From Candidatus Bathyarchaeota archaeon (GTDB lineage Archaea; Thermoproteota; Bathyarchaeia; Bathyarchaeales; Bathycorpusculaceae), in assembly GCA_963715865.1 (NCBI GenBank), contig OY970280.1, positions 1,984,001-2,048,000 on the forward strand: a stretch of 64,000 nt of DNA, read 5' to 3'. Position 1 is the stretch's first letter. Every line of letters starts with the position of its first letter. The notes under the pieces were generated by a model that had not been told where the DNA came from, did no database searches, and saw only the letters and a program-made list of their open reading frames with translations. Shown here in pieces: positions 1 through 9,799 of this stretch. The translations under genes were made by a program, and so were the position numbers.

Positions 1-118
1 AGCATCTTTGTAGATAAGGTAGGCACACACCTACTTTGGAAAAAGTCTATCGAGTTCAAGTTATTGGTTTTTCGATGCTCTATAAAGTACAAGAAAGGCG
101 ATGATTTGACTTAAGTTG

Positions 119-538
119 TTAATTCTTTGCCAGCTTAACGTTCTCTGCTTGAAAATAATAAATGTCCGTCTGTGTTCCGGTATACGGGAAAGTCCATTTT
201 TCCTCTTTGAGAATGCCGTGTACGATTGCATTAGTAGCATTATACTGCGGTATCAGGACAGTATTTGAGTTCCAATCTACATCAATAGCAATTGTTTGGT
301 TGTTATCGGACAGTTCATACCGTGTAGGATTGGGAGCAGGTACGTTTGAGAGAAGACCAGTAACAGTAACACTCTTAGACAAATATGAAGCTGGTTTTTG
401 AGCTATTGTCTGTACTGGAATTGGATTTTGGTTTTGGCCATTATTACTTTGGTTAATTATTACCCAGAGGCCCAAAGTACCAACAATAGACAGGATGAGT
501 ATTGCAGATGCCAACATGATTGCTTTGGAGTGTTTCAT
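119..538 (-). CDS. Hypothetical membrane-anchored protein (N-terminal TM helix, possible OB-fold-like extracellular domain)
   Basis: 139-aa ORF with hydrophobic N-terminus (AIMLASAILILSIVGTLGLWVII), an N/Q-rich linker and a beta-rich body. Confidence 0.6.
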   Translation of the reverse strand: MKHSKAIMLASAILILSIVGTLGLWVIINQSNNGQNQNPIPVQTIAQKPASYLSKSVTVTGLLSNVPAPNPTRYELSDNNQTIAIDVDWNSNTVLIPQYNATNAIVHGILKEEKWTFPYTGTQTDIYYFQAENVKLAKN

Positions 539-678
539 ATTCTATACAGATAAGCCCATAGCAACTTAACTTTTTAAACTATCTTTTAGAACAGATGCTT
601 TTCTTATAGGTAGGGTATGCATATGCTAGGGAAAAGGTCTACCAATTATTTGCCTTTGTTTTTGCGATCGCCCACTTT

Positions 679-1062
679 TTATGAAGTGGGCTTTACCGTC
701 ACGATGGCGTAATCAAATTTAGCTTGAGTAATAGTGAATGTCATACCTTGGCAGTTTTGTGAAAGGCCAATAGTTAACGGAAAACTGGTTGCTGTTTGCA
801 GGTCTGTTCTCTGTATGGTAAGGTTGCCGTTATAAGTTTGACCATTATCGGTAAAGGTTGGAACATACTCAAAGATGTATTTGTGGTTCCCAACTTGCTG
901 GTAAACTTGTCCTCTATAAGTTGAATGGTCACTATTAATGCTTAATTGATTGATTTTGATTTGAAGAGGGTAAATTATGAAACCATCAGTTAAGAAGTAG
1001 GCTAATGATAAACCTATAATTACCACCAAAACAAGCCCTGTAGCCAAAGATTTTCTTGACAT
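679..1062 (-). CDS. Hypothetical membrane-anchored protein
   Basis: 127-aa ORF with N-terminal TM segment; TATA-like AAGACTTAAAA upstream. Confidence 0.6.
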   Translation of the reverse strand: MSRKSLATGLVLVVIIGLSLAYFLTDGFIIYPLQIKINQLSINSDHSTYRGQVYQQVGNHKYIFEYVPTFTDNGQTYNGNLTIQRTDLQTATSFPLTIGLSQNCQGMTFTITQAKFDYAIVTVKPTS

Positions 1063-1274
1063 TTAACTATCGAACTCTCTTTTTATTGTATTCCTTTTAA
1101 GTCTTTAGTTTGAGCATTACTTTGCAAGCTATTGTTTTTCGATGTAAGCAGACGAGTCAAACAACACTCGCTATATGGATCGAAGCCCGAAGACAACTAA
1201 ATCAATTCAACAGCTTTGACCCGATAAGTAAGTGACCTCCACTTATCTTAAAAAGTACATATTCGCACGGGGGA

Positions 1275-1375
1275 TGGCGGGCCCGCTGGGATTTGAACCC
1301 AGGATTTTCGGCTAACTCCCACTTTTATGAAGCGTCCGGAGGCCGACGCCTTAATCCGTACTAGACTACGGGCCC
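1275..1375 (-). tRNA. tRNA-Arg(CCG) with 22-nt intron (1314-1335) at canonical position 37/38; CCA encoded
   Basis: Acceptor GGGCCCG/CGGGCCC-G-CCA, T-arm CTGGGTTCAAATCCCAG, anticodon stem TCGGC/GCCGA. Intron forms a perfect bulge-helix-bulge (CTCC/GGAG helix, GGA and TTA bulges, CGCTT/AAGTG). TTTAAA about 30 nt upstream. Confidence 0.95.
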
Positions 1376-1420
1376 ACAGTTTACAAACCAAATATGCCAG
1401 TTAATTTAAAGCTAACCTTG

Positions 1421-1921
1421 TTATTCTTGGATTAATTCTTCGTCTATCCACCAAGCTTTTTTCTTGCCAGACCGTTCTCCAGCATAATATTCGATTATGG
1501 GTTTTCCAACTTGTTTTTTGGATGTTTTCTGGATTTTTCTAAGCCTGTTAAGTATGAGCCACCTGTTGGTTTTAACGTAAGCCGCCAATTCAGGCGTAGT
1601 TGCGCTTTTGTAATGAAGTAGGTACTCCATTATTTTATGGTCCAATTCATCGATGCAGAAAGAGTGCGGGTTAATCTTACCGTGCTGAAACGTGAGCAGC
1701 TCCAAATCGGCGAGGTATTTTCTGATCTGACCGAACTCCTGCTCAATTTTGCCCATTCTCTCTTCCAAGGCTAAAAGTTTATCTGCTTTAGGCGTTTTCT
1801 GCAGTTTCTCGCTTATGGCTTCCCTGATAAAGTTGCTTCTATCACCTTCAGGAATGCGTAGCGCCATTTCTTGGTAGACTTCTTCAGGTATTTTCACTGA
1901 AATTATTCTAACTTCACTCAA
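1421..1921 (-). CDS. Ribbon-helix-helix (CopG-like) plus coiled coil plus winged-helix DNA-binding protein
   Basis: N-terminus IISVKIPEEVYQEM...RSNFIREAISEKL is RHH-like; C-terminal LDHKIMEYLL...TTPELA...LNRLRK is wHTH-like. Confidence 0.65.
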   Translation of the reverse strand: MSEVRIISVKIPEEVYQEMALRIPEGDRSNFIREAISEKLQKTPKADKLLALEERMGKIEQEFGQIRKYLADLELLTFQHGKINPHSFCIDELDHKIMEYLLHYKSATTPELAAYVKTNRWLILNRLRKIQKTSKKQVGKPIIEYYAGERSGKKKAWWIDEELIQE

Positions 1922-2029
1922 TGCAGGCTCCTCCGCAACGTCATATTTACCTTTGTCTATTTCATTTTTTCCATAAACTAAAACCTGAATTTATGAAAAA
2001 CTTAAAAAGCATTGCTTCCCTCGGTTTAA

Positions 2030-2470
2030 ATGGGGTTGTGTGTGGCGAAAAAAGGCACGATCTCTTTAATTAAATGTGATGTCGGCTCTTTGGCTGGGCA
2101 TCATGTTGTTCCCAAACCTCTTTGGGACATAGCTGAAAAAAACCTGAGAAAAGCCGTGAACGAAGGCATAATAAACAACTTTTTTGTTTTCAATGCTGGC
2201 GATGACCTTGAATTGCTTATGGCCCATGAAAACGGCGAGCAAAACAGGGACGTTCACAAACTTGCTTGGGATACGTTCAAGGAAGCCGCTGATAAAGCCT
2301 TTCAGTTGAAACTCTACGCTGCAGGTCAAGACCTTCTGAAAGACGCGTTCAGCGGCAACGTCCGTGGAATGGGCCCCGGCGTAGCAGAAATGGAAATTGA
2401 AGAAACGCTTTATACCGCTAGATCAAAGCTAAAAACTACTCAGTGTAAACTGGTTGACCTGCCAATTTAG
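2030..2470 (+). pseudogene. fbp: Truncated fructose-1,6-bisphosphate aldolase/phosphatase (class V FBPase), N-terminal third only
   Basis: Motifs IKCDVGSLAGH, GDDLELLM, LKLYAAGQDLLKDAFSGNVRGMGPGVAEME; similarity ends near 2405 and the frame runs into the end of the convergent gene. Confidence 0.85.
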
Positions 2471-2999
2471 CTAACGCTATATACCGTTGCTCAACAATTT
2501 CATGCAATTGCCTGCGCAGGTCCTCTCCAACCACATTTCTTTGTTTTAGCAATGCAACTTTTTTAGCCAATTCCACGTCGCCTAATCCATTAAACCACGC
2601 TTCAAAATCACCGCGTTTTGCATGGAATTCTATTGATGCAATGTCGGCTCTTTCGAGTTTGTTTGCGAAGTCGCGAAGGTTATGGGCGTGCAGGTTTAGT
2701 GGTTTCTCCACATCGGCGTAGAAGTGGAATTCTTTATCATGCGGCGCGTAGGTTAATATTGCTGCGGCTTTTTCTTTGCTGGTTTCCGGTATGCCGAGGG
2801 CTTCTTTTCCTTTCTCAGTTATAACGTATTGTCCTTTTTCAGGTAAGCTTACGTATCCCATGCGAACGAGCCATAAGAGGTGCATCATGACTGGCTTGAA
2901 CTCTTTTTTGGTTTCCTTGGCGATTTCCATGGCTTTCAATGGTTTTTCGTGTAGTAGTGTGGTTTCTAGTATTTCTTGTTTGATAGGTGATAAACTCAT
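2436..2999 (-). CDS. Winged-helix plus DUF5752-like domain protein
   Basis: N-terminal wHTH; C-terminal FHFY...SIEFH..RGDFEAW is homologous to the C-terminus of the GH57 at 22731-24278. Confidence 0.75.
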   Translation of the reverse strand: MSLSPIKQEILETTLLHEKPLKAMEIAKETKKEFKPVMMHLLWLVRMGYVSLPEKGQYVITEKGKEALGIPETSKEKAAAILTYAPHDKEFHFYADVEKPLNLHAHNLRDFANKLERADIASIEFHAKRGDFEAWFNGLGDVELAKKVALLKQRNVVGEDLRRQLHEIVEQRYIALAKLAGQPVYTE

Positions 3000-3165
3000 T
3001 TGCTGGCACCTTGCCTGTTAGTGCTATGTAGAACAGTCTAATCAAACTTTTCCTTTACTTATGTTGTGACAAATGTTTTTTGGGGTTTCAGGTTGCTCGC
3101 GCAGAGAAGCAAAGCTTTAGTATGAGGTTCCTTATGCTAAGATGATAAAATGGTGACTGTTTAGG

Positions 3166-4416
3166 ATGAAAATTGCTGTTTTTGTTTATGAGTATCCGCC
3201 TAAAATTGTTGGTGGATTGGGAACTTACGCCGCCGAGATAACACGAAAGTTTGTTTTGGACGATCACGATGTAACGGTTTTTACTATGAATGATGATGCT
3301 GGTTCGTTGCCAACTAGGGAAATTTGGCGTGGAATTGAGATTCATCGTCCATTGCACATCGACATTTCAGATTCACTCCCTGACGTGATCGCGGATGATA
3401 TTAAGAAGTGGGGCAGGGGGTTGCATTTGTTCGGTAAACTTATGGTTTATAATTATTTATCTGCGGCTAAACTCATCAACGAGTTGATTAAGAAAGAAGG
3501 CATGAAATACGACATTGTGGTTGCCCATGATTGGCTTTCAGCAATGGGCGGAATCACAGTTAAAAGAGAAACCGGTTTGCCCTTAGCTTTCCATGTTCAC
3601 TCAACCGAGAAAGGACGAACCTTAGGGAACGGCTCAAGCGTAGTTAGCAACATAGAATTGCGCGCAGGCAAAATGGCTGATATGATTGTAACAGTATCTT
3701 ACGCTATGAAGGATGAGCTTATACAGCTCGGTTTTCCCAAAGACAAGATTCAAGTAAGCTACAACGGTGTTGACCCACAAAAATACAATCCAGCGAACGT
3801 ATCTTCTGAGGAGATTAAGCGAATCAGGGGAAAATATGGCATCAAAGATAATGAACTGATGATTCTTTTCCTTGGTAGGCTCGTAGGCGTCAAAGGCGTT
3901 GATAAACTCATAATGGCGATGCCGCATATTCTAACAAAGATTCCTAACGCAAAACTTGTAGTTGTAGGTGTAGGCGACCTTCAAGAATACTTAGCAAACC
4001 TGAATAGAACCATGCGTTTAGATGAGTATATTAAATTCTGTTTTGACTTCATTCCAGAGGAAGAACGAATTTTACATTATGCTGCATGCGACATAGCAGT
4101 TTTCCCCAGCCACTATGAACCATTTGGTATTGTTGCTCTTGAAGCGATGAGCATGGAGAAGGCAGTTGTGGTTGGCGCTTCTGGTGTTAGTGGAATGCGT
4201 GAAATAGTAATTTGCTGCGGTGAAGAACAATGCGGTTACCACGTAGATCCAAATAACCCGTCTGACATTGCATGGGGAGTAATCAGCGCTTTAGAAGACC
4301 CAGAAAGGCGCAAGGTGCTTGGCAAAAATGGCAGGAAACGTGTTCTAGCCGAGTTCACTTGGAGCAGAATCGCCAAGAAAACCGTAGAGCTTTACGAAAC
4401 AATAGTAAAACGCTGA
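3166..4416 (+). CDS. GT4 family glycosyltransferase (glycogen synthase-like)
   Basis: EYPP..VGGLG, HDW, HVHSTE, FLGRL...KG, EPFGIVALEAM motifs. Confidence 0.9.
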   Translation: MKIAVFVYEYPPKIVGGLGTYAAEITRKFVLDDHDVTVFTMNDDAGSLPTREIWRGIEIHRPLHIDISDSLPDVIADDIKKWGRGLHLFGKLMVYNYLSAAKLINELIKKEGMKYDIVVAHDWLSAMGGITVKRETGLPLAFHVHSTEKGRTLGNGSSVVSNIELRAGKMADMIVTVSYAMKDELIQLGFPKDKIQVSYNGVDPQKYNPANVSSEEIKRIRGKYGIKDNELMILFLGRLVGVKGVDKLIMAMPHILTKIPNAKLVVVGVGDLQEYLANLNRTMRLDEYIKFCFDFIPEEERILHYAACDIAVFPSHYEPFGIVALEAMSMEKAVVVGASGVSGMREIVICCGEEQCGYHVDPNNPSDIAWGVISALEDPERRKVLGKNGRKRVLAEFTWSRIAKKTVELYETIVKR

Positions 4417-4425
4417 GAACAGCGC

Positions 4426-5049
4426 TTGGTAATAATGACTGTTGACTTTGACTTAAAGTGCAGAGTCGCAAGAGAAGCCGCCACTTTACTTTATTTTGGA
4501 GCTGAAAAAGAATACAAACAAGCTAAAGAAAAAGCTGCAAAAACTTTGGGCGCTCACTTTTTGCCTTCTAACCTTGAAGTTGCTCTTGAACTGGATAAAA
4601 TAGCTGAAGAAAACGAAGGCACAAAAAGAAAAGAGCGCCTAATTCAAATGCGAAAGGAAGCCCTAAAGATAATGAAGCTTCTTGATGCTTATTGTCCTGT
4701 TTTAATTGGGAGCGTTTGGCGGGGAACGATAAGGCAGGGAAGCGATATTGACATTGCCGTTTATACGGACGTGCCAGAAGAAATCGTAAAAATCCTCAAG
4801 GCTGAGAGGGTAAAGATTTCAAAAGCGGCTTGGACAACCGTAAACAAGCGTGGAATAACTTTGGCTTCATTTCACATTTACGCTGAAACTTCGGCTAAAC
4901 ATGGACTCGAGATTGTTGCTCGAAGCTCTGAGGAAGCAGGGAAAAAGAGAAAATGCGAAATTTTCGGTGACGAAATCAAAGGTTTAAAGGTTCAGGAACT
5001 CGAAAAAATTCTTAAAACTAACCCAACCCAACAGTTCCTCCCAGCATAA
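4426..5049 (+). CDS. Nucleotidyltransferase domain protein
   Basis: LIGSVWRG...SDIDIAV motif; exact start uncertain. Confidence 0.75.
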   Translation: MVIMTVDFDLKCRVAREAATLLYFGAEKEYKQAKEKAAKTLGAHFLPSNLEVALELDKIAEENEGTKRKERLIQMRKEALKIMKLLDAYCPVLIGSVWRGTIRQGSDIDIAVYTDVPEEIVKILKAERVKISKAAWTTVNKRGITLASFHIYAETSAKHGLEIVARSSEEAGKKRKCEIFGDEIKGLKVQELEKILKTNPTQQFLPA

Positions 5050-5129
5050 TTCTCGCTGAAAATTGTTTTTTCATCAAAAAAGCACATAAAGAACATATTC
5101 AATATTTATTTTTGAATAACTGATGAAAA

Positions 5130-5534
5130 ATGGCAATAGATAAAAAATCCCTCAAGAAAATGTTTCCAAACCTCTACAATGAGCTAGAAACAGGAGAAGT
5201 CAAGGTTCCAATTAATGCCGTGCGAAAAAACCCACTGGAAGCCGAAGAAGCCGCTACTGGCGAGGAATGTGAAGAGTGCGAGGAAGAGGAGTTTGCCCCC
5301 TGCACTGAAACGCCTGATAAGCTACGCCATTTTAACCCATCCGCCGTAGACTTTATTCGCCGATGCGACACGGAAACGCAAGCGGAAGAAATTATTGCTT
5401 ACCTGCAGAAAAAAGGCGAAATAACCAAAGAATATGCTGAGGAACTGCGGTGCAAGCTTAAACGTGAAGGCGTAAGAAGCTTTGGTCCCAAAAAAGAAGA
5501 AAACTATTACTTTAGAGAAGGCGGAATTTTCTAA
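5130..5534 (+). CDS. DUF2095-like archaeal protein with acidic Cys-containing insert
   Basis: KKMFPNLYNELE...P...DFIRRCDT..QAEEII.YL.KKGEIT...GVRSFGPKKE..YY pattern. Confidence 0.7.
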   Translation: MAIDKKSLKKMFPNLYNELETGEVKVPINAVRKNPLEAEEAATGEECEECEEEEFAPCTETPDKLRHFNPSAVDFIRRCDTETQAEEIIAYLQKKGEITKEYAEELRCKLKREGVRSFGPKKEENYYFREGGIF

Positions 5535-5740
5535 CCATTTCATCTTCTTTTCAAACATCAAAAAACTGCAATCATTTGGGCAGTTGATACTAAAGTGTCA
5601 TTGATTGCTTATATAGGGAGGCTATAACTTTTTCCGAGCACTAGAGATTGCGCTTGTTTATCTTGTTTGCTTGTATTTTTGTCGGAAAATTAATTAAGAT
5701 AAAGACTCTTGTACAAACTCTGAAAATATGGTGATGTATT

Positions 5741-6760
5741 ATGACGATAAAAGTAGGAATTAACGGATTTGGAAGAATCGGAAGGCTTCTTTACCGCGCA
5801 GCACTCGAACGCAACGCAAAAATTGACTTCGTAGCAATCAACGATCTCGCAGACGCCAAAACAAATGCCCATCTCCTCAAATATGACTCAATCCACGGGC
5901 GCTTCCCCGGCACAGTCGAAGTCGAAGGCAACGACATAGTCGTCAACGGAAAAACCCTCAAATGTCTCAGCGTAAAAGACCCAGTAGCACTGCCATGGAA
6001 AGACCTTGGAGTTTACTTAGCAGTAGAATCCACTGGCTTGTTTACCAACCGTGAAGGTGCAGGCAAACACTTTCAAGCAGGAGCAAAGAAAGTCCTCATC
6101 AGCGCACCGGCAGAAAACCCAGATGTAACCATTGTATTAGGCGTAAACGACAAGTCGTATGACCCAGAAAAACACAATATCTTAAGCAACGCTTCATGCA
6201 CAACAAACTGCTTAGCACCAATCAGCAAAGTATTAGTTGACAACTTTGGCATAGAAAAAGGCTTAATGACAACATGCCACAGCTATACAAACGACCAACG
6301 CATCCAAGACCTTGTCCACAAAGACCCCCGCAGAGCAAGAGCAGCAGCAATAAACATTATCCCTACAAGCACAGGTGCAGCAAAAGCAATCGGCTTAGTT
6401 TTGCCAAGTTGCGCTGGAAAAATGAACGGCTATTCCCTGCGTGTGCCTACACCAGACGTATCCATTGTTGACTTAACCGCTATACTAGGAAAAGAAGTCA
6501 CCAAAGACGAAATTAATGCAGCTATGAAGAAAGCCGCAGCAGGTCCACTTAAAGGCATCTTAGAGTACACTGAAGACCCAATCGTTTCAAGCGACGTACT
6601 GCACAGCACTTATTCAGCAGTCCTAGATGCACAATTAACCATGGTTTTAGGTGAAAAGAGCAACTTCGTTAAAGTCTTCGCATGGTACGATAACGAATGG
6701 GGCTTTAGCAACCGCATGGTTGAATTCATCGAAATGATCGGCAAAAAAGCAGGCCTCTAA
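5741..6760 (+). CDS. gap: Class I (bacterial-type) glyceraldehyde-3-phosphate dehydrogenase
   Basis: [37 protein letters not shown]. Confidence 0.97.
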   Translation: MTIKVGINGFGRIGRLLYRAALERNAKIDFVAINDLADAKTNAHLLKYDSIHGRFPGTVEVEGNDIVVNGKTLKCLSVKDPVALPWKDLGVYLAVESTGLFTNREGAGKHFQAGAKKVLISAPAENPDVTIVLGVNDKSYDPEKHNILSNASCTTNCLAPISKVLVDNFGIEKGLMTTCHSYTNDQRIQDLVHKDPRRARAAAINIIPTSTGAAKAIGLVLPSCAGKMNGYSLRVPTPDVSIVDLTAILGKEVTKDEINAAMKKAAAGPLKGILEYTEDPIVSSDVLHSTYSAVLDAQLTMVLGEKSNFVKVFAWYDNEWGFSNRMVEFIEMIGKKAGL

Positions 6761-6824
6761 ACAAGCAAACAAACTTAAATCCTTCCTATCTTTTTCTTTT
6801 CTAAACTAAAAAGAAGTGAAAAAC

Positions 6825-8057
6825 ATGGCGAAATACAAAACCCTAGACGATTTTCAAGTCAAAAACAAAGTTGTCCTCGTCAGAGTAGACTTCAACTCAG
6901 AAATTGACCCGCAAACCAAGAAGGTCACAAGCGACGTACGCATCAGAGCACATGCCGAATCAACGCTCAAGGAACTGGCTGAAAAGGGCGCCAAAACCGT
7001 TGTTCTAGCACATCAGGGACGAAAAGGAGACCCAGACTACACACCGCTAAAGCAACACGCAGAAATACTGCAGAAAATCCTCAAATGCCCAGTAAAATAC
7101 GTCGACGATGTATTTGGTGAAAAAGCAAAAAACGCCATCAAGAACCTGAAAAGCGGAGAAATCCTAGTTCTAGAAAACGTACGCTCGTGGGATGGAGAAA
7201 CCAAAAGCGGCACACCAGAACAGCAAAGCAAAACTGAACTTGTCCAAAACCTCGCGCCACTCGCAGATTTATTCGTTAACGATGCTTTCGCCGCTGCACA
7301 CCGCGCACATGTATCCATGGTTGGTTTCACTGCAGTGTTGCCAAGTGCTGCAGGGCGCATAATGGAACGCGAGCTGAAAAGCTTAAGCAAAGCATTGGAA
7401 AAGCCTGAGAAGCCATCAGTTTACGTTATGGGTGGAGCAAAATCCGACGACAGCCTTGAAATCAGCAAGTACGTCCTCGGCAACGGCATAGCAGATTACG
7501 TGCTTGTTGGCGGCGTAACTTCACAATTGTTCCTTGCAGCTAAAGGCTTTGACCTTGGCAAGAAGAACATGGATTTTCTCGCAAAGAAAGAGTTAACAGG
7601 CTTAATTCCAGGCATAAAAGCGTTAATGGAGCAGTATCCCGATAAGGTTGTCGTGCCAGTTGATGTTGCCTTAGACGTAAACGGTAAACGCAAAGAAATC
7701 CCCGTAAGCAAACTGCCAACTGAATACTCAATCTTTGACATAGGCGCAAAAACCGTAGAGAACTATTCAAAAATCAGCTCCACCGCTAAATCCATAGTTG
7801 TCAGCGGACCAATGGGAGTTTACGAAAACAAAGAATTCAACTACGGCACCAAAAAAGTCTTCGAAGCCATAGCAAACAGCAAAGCCTTCAGCTTAGCAGG
7901 CGGCGGAAACACCATCGCAGCCATACAAGAATACGGTTTAAGCAAAAAAATCGGCTACATAAGCACTGCAGGCGGCGCACTAATCGAGTTCCTCATGGGC
8001 AAAAAACTGCCAGGCGTGGTAGCCCTAGAAACCGCAACTAAAACCAAGAAAATCTAA
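6825..8057 (+). CDS. pgk: Phosphoglycerate kinase
   Basis: RVDFNS, LLENVR-like VLENVR, NDAFAAAHRAH, MGGAK, STAGGALIEFL; ATG at 6825 (in-frame GTG at 6816). Confidence 0.97.
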   Translation: MAKYKTLDDFQVKNKVVLVRVDFNSEIDPQTKKVTSDVRIRAHAESTLKELAEKGAKTVVLAHQGRKGDPDYTPLKQHAEILQKILKCPVKYVDDVFGEKAKNAIKNLKSGEILVLENVRSWDGETKSGTPEQQSKTELVQNLAPLADLFVNDAFAAAHRAHVSMVGFTAVLPSAAGRIMERELKSLSKALEKPEKPSVYVMGGAKSDDSLEISKYVLGNGIADYVLVGGVTSQLFLAAKGFDLGKKNMDFLAKKELTGLIPGIKALMEQYPDKVVVPVDVALDVNGKRKEIPVSKLPTEYSIFDIGAKTVENYSKISSTAKSIVVSGPMGVYENKEFNYGTKKVFEAIANSKAFSLAGGGNTIAAIQEYGLSKKIGYISTAGGALIEFLMGKKLPGVVALETATKTKKI

Positions 8058-8398
8058 ATCCTTCCCCTTTTTTACTTTTATAGAGTTATTATTGAAAAAA
8101 AACAAATTGAACACTTTTAGTAATAAAATGTTACTTTTTGTTGCTTTCTGTCACTTCTGTTATTAACTGCCACTTTGAAATCACTAGTACTCGGAAAAAA
8201 CTATAGTTCCCTTAAATAAAGGCGGATTGAGCGCAACTTTGAAAAAGCCTATTGCTCTCAAAGAGACCACCCCTCTTAAGAAGCAGGCTCTTGAAACACT
8301 CTTAATGAAGAGGCTCTCTAATTGGCTAAGTATTTGAGAAACGAAAAGAAAGACTGGTCTCCAAGAATCCCAAATATTTAATCTCTTTTAGCCACATT

Positions 8399-9475
8399 TC
8401 ATCGATTCGGTGAAATTCTAATACTCGGATTTTTTGTTTTTCGTTTCTGGAGTAAACCAACCGTTACAAAGGTTATGTACCCTAACGCGATAATTAACCC
8501 AACAAATCCGTAATAGAAGTATGGTCTTTCAATGCTTTGCCAAGCCCAAGTAACTGTAAGGAAGCCCGTCCAATCTGCCTTCCCACCCAAATTTCCTTGA
8601 GAAAGTTCAAACTCGTATTTCCCAGGAGCAGTTATATCTATATTTGAAGGAATGGTGTACACGGTATGACTCCCAGTGACGTTCCATTGGGGAATCCATT
8701 CGGAACTTGACCCATTTGGTCTATACATGACTAGCGGGAGAACAGGCCAAACTCCAGAAACTGTATAATTTCCAGTAATGAGACCCGAGCCATATGTACC
8801 TGAATCTCCTGAAGTTATGTTCAAACCTAAGTAGAGTTTCTGAATATCCCATTGTTTAAGAGTTATACTTTTGATGAGTGGGTCAAAACCCTGCCCCACA
8901 GACACGTTAGGACCACCTCCCATGGAAAATTCGGAGTAGGTTAGTGGTTGTGAGTCAATTTTAATATTGTAAGCGCCTGTCCAAGGCACACGTTCAGTAG
9001 TAACATTAAAGCTCACGGTTTTATTTGTGCCGACAAAAATTGTTGCCATAGTCGGAATTGATTGCTCCGAAGCCAAAGAAGCTGTGGACAAAACCGAATA
9101 ATTCAGAGCGAAAAGACTTGCGATCAGCAAGGCGCCCACAAGTATGAGCGGATAAACTGTGGATATGATTTGTCTCGTTTTTAGCTTTTCATGTTTGTTT
9201 TGTGGTTGGTGTTCTTCGACACCGCTCATCAATTTTATTGCTGCTAAACCTATGCTTGAGAGCCCGTATTTTCCATTCTGGAGATGAGTAATCAGGTCAC
9301 TTAGGCTTTCAAGGTGATAGTTAAGGTGCCCGCTGTCGATTGCCAGTGATTCTTGGATCTCGCTGAAGTTCAGCGGTTTTTCAGCTAGCATTCTTAGGAT
9401 TCTTCTGCGAACGGGGTGTTTCAGAGATGTAAAAATTACGGAATACGTTTCTTCCTCCACATTGCTTTCAGACAA
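8399..9475 (-). CDS. ArsR-type wHTH protein with TM helix, extracellular domain and C-terminal TM helix
   Basis: IFTSLKHPVRRRILRML...LNYHL motif followed by two hydrophobic segments. Confidence 0.75.
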   Translation of the reverse strand: MSESNVEEETYSVIFTSLKHPVRRRILRMLAEKPLNFSEIQESLAIDSGHLNYHLESLSDLITHLQNGKYGLSSIGLAAIKLMSGVEEHQPQNKHEKLKTRQIISTVYPLILVGALLIASLFALNYSVLSTASLASEQSIPTMATIFVGTNKTVSFNVTTERVPWTGAYNIKIDSQPLTYSEFSMGGGPNVSVGQGFDPLIKSITLKQWDIQKLYLGLNITSGDSGTYGSGLITGNYTVSGVWPVLPLVMYRPNGSSSEWIPQWNVTGSHTVYTIPSNIDITAPGKYEFELSQGNLGGKADWTGFLTVTWAWQSIERPYFYYGFVGLIIALGYITFVTVGLLQKRKTKNPSIRISPNR

Positions 9476-9799
9476 AGCAAATCACTTACCAATTAAGCAT
9501 AAGAACTGGTTGTCTTGAAAAGAGTTTTTGTGAAGAAACCTTCACTTGAAGCGAGAATGTAAAGTGAAAAAAGTTTTCCAAACACCAAGGAAGGAGAACG
9601 CGTTTTATGTGATCAATACAATGCGGGGCTGATATGCGTCCCTCTTTTTTTTTGTCTGTCTGGGTCTGTTTGTCTGTCTGTCGAGGGGGCGGGGGGTGTG
9701 GGAAAGTAGAGAGAGTATAAGAGTCGTAGTCGTAGGCGTGTTAGTCGTGGGTTTGGGTTTGGGGATTAAATTTTAATCAAGGTTTCTTGAGTAAGTTAG

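Noticed and set aside
9546-9632. 28-aa ORF or C/D-box sRNA before the T9 tract
   Set aside because: No RBS or recognisable motif for the ORF; box C is a poor match and there is no C'/D' pair
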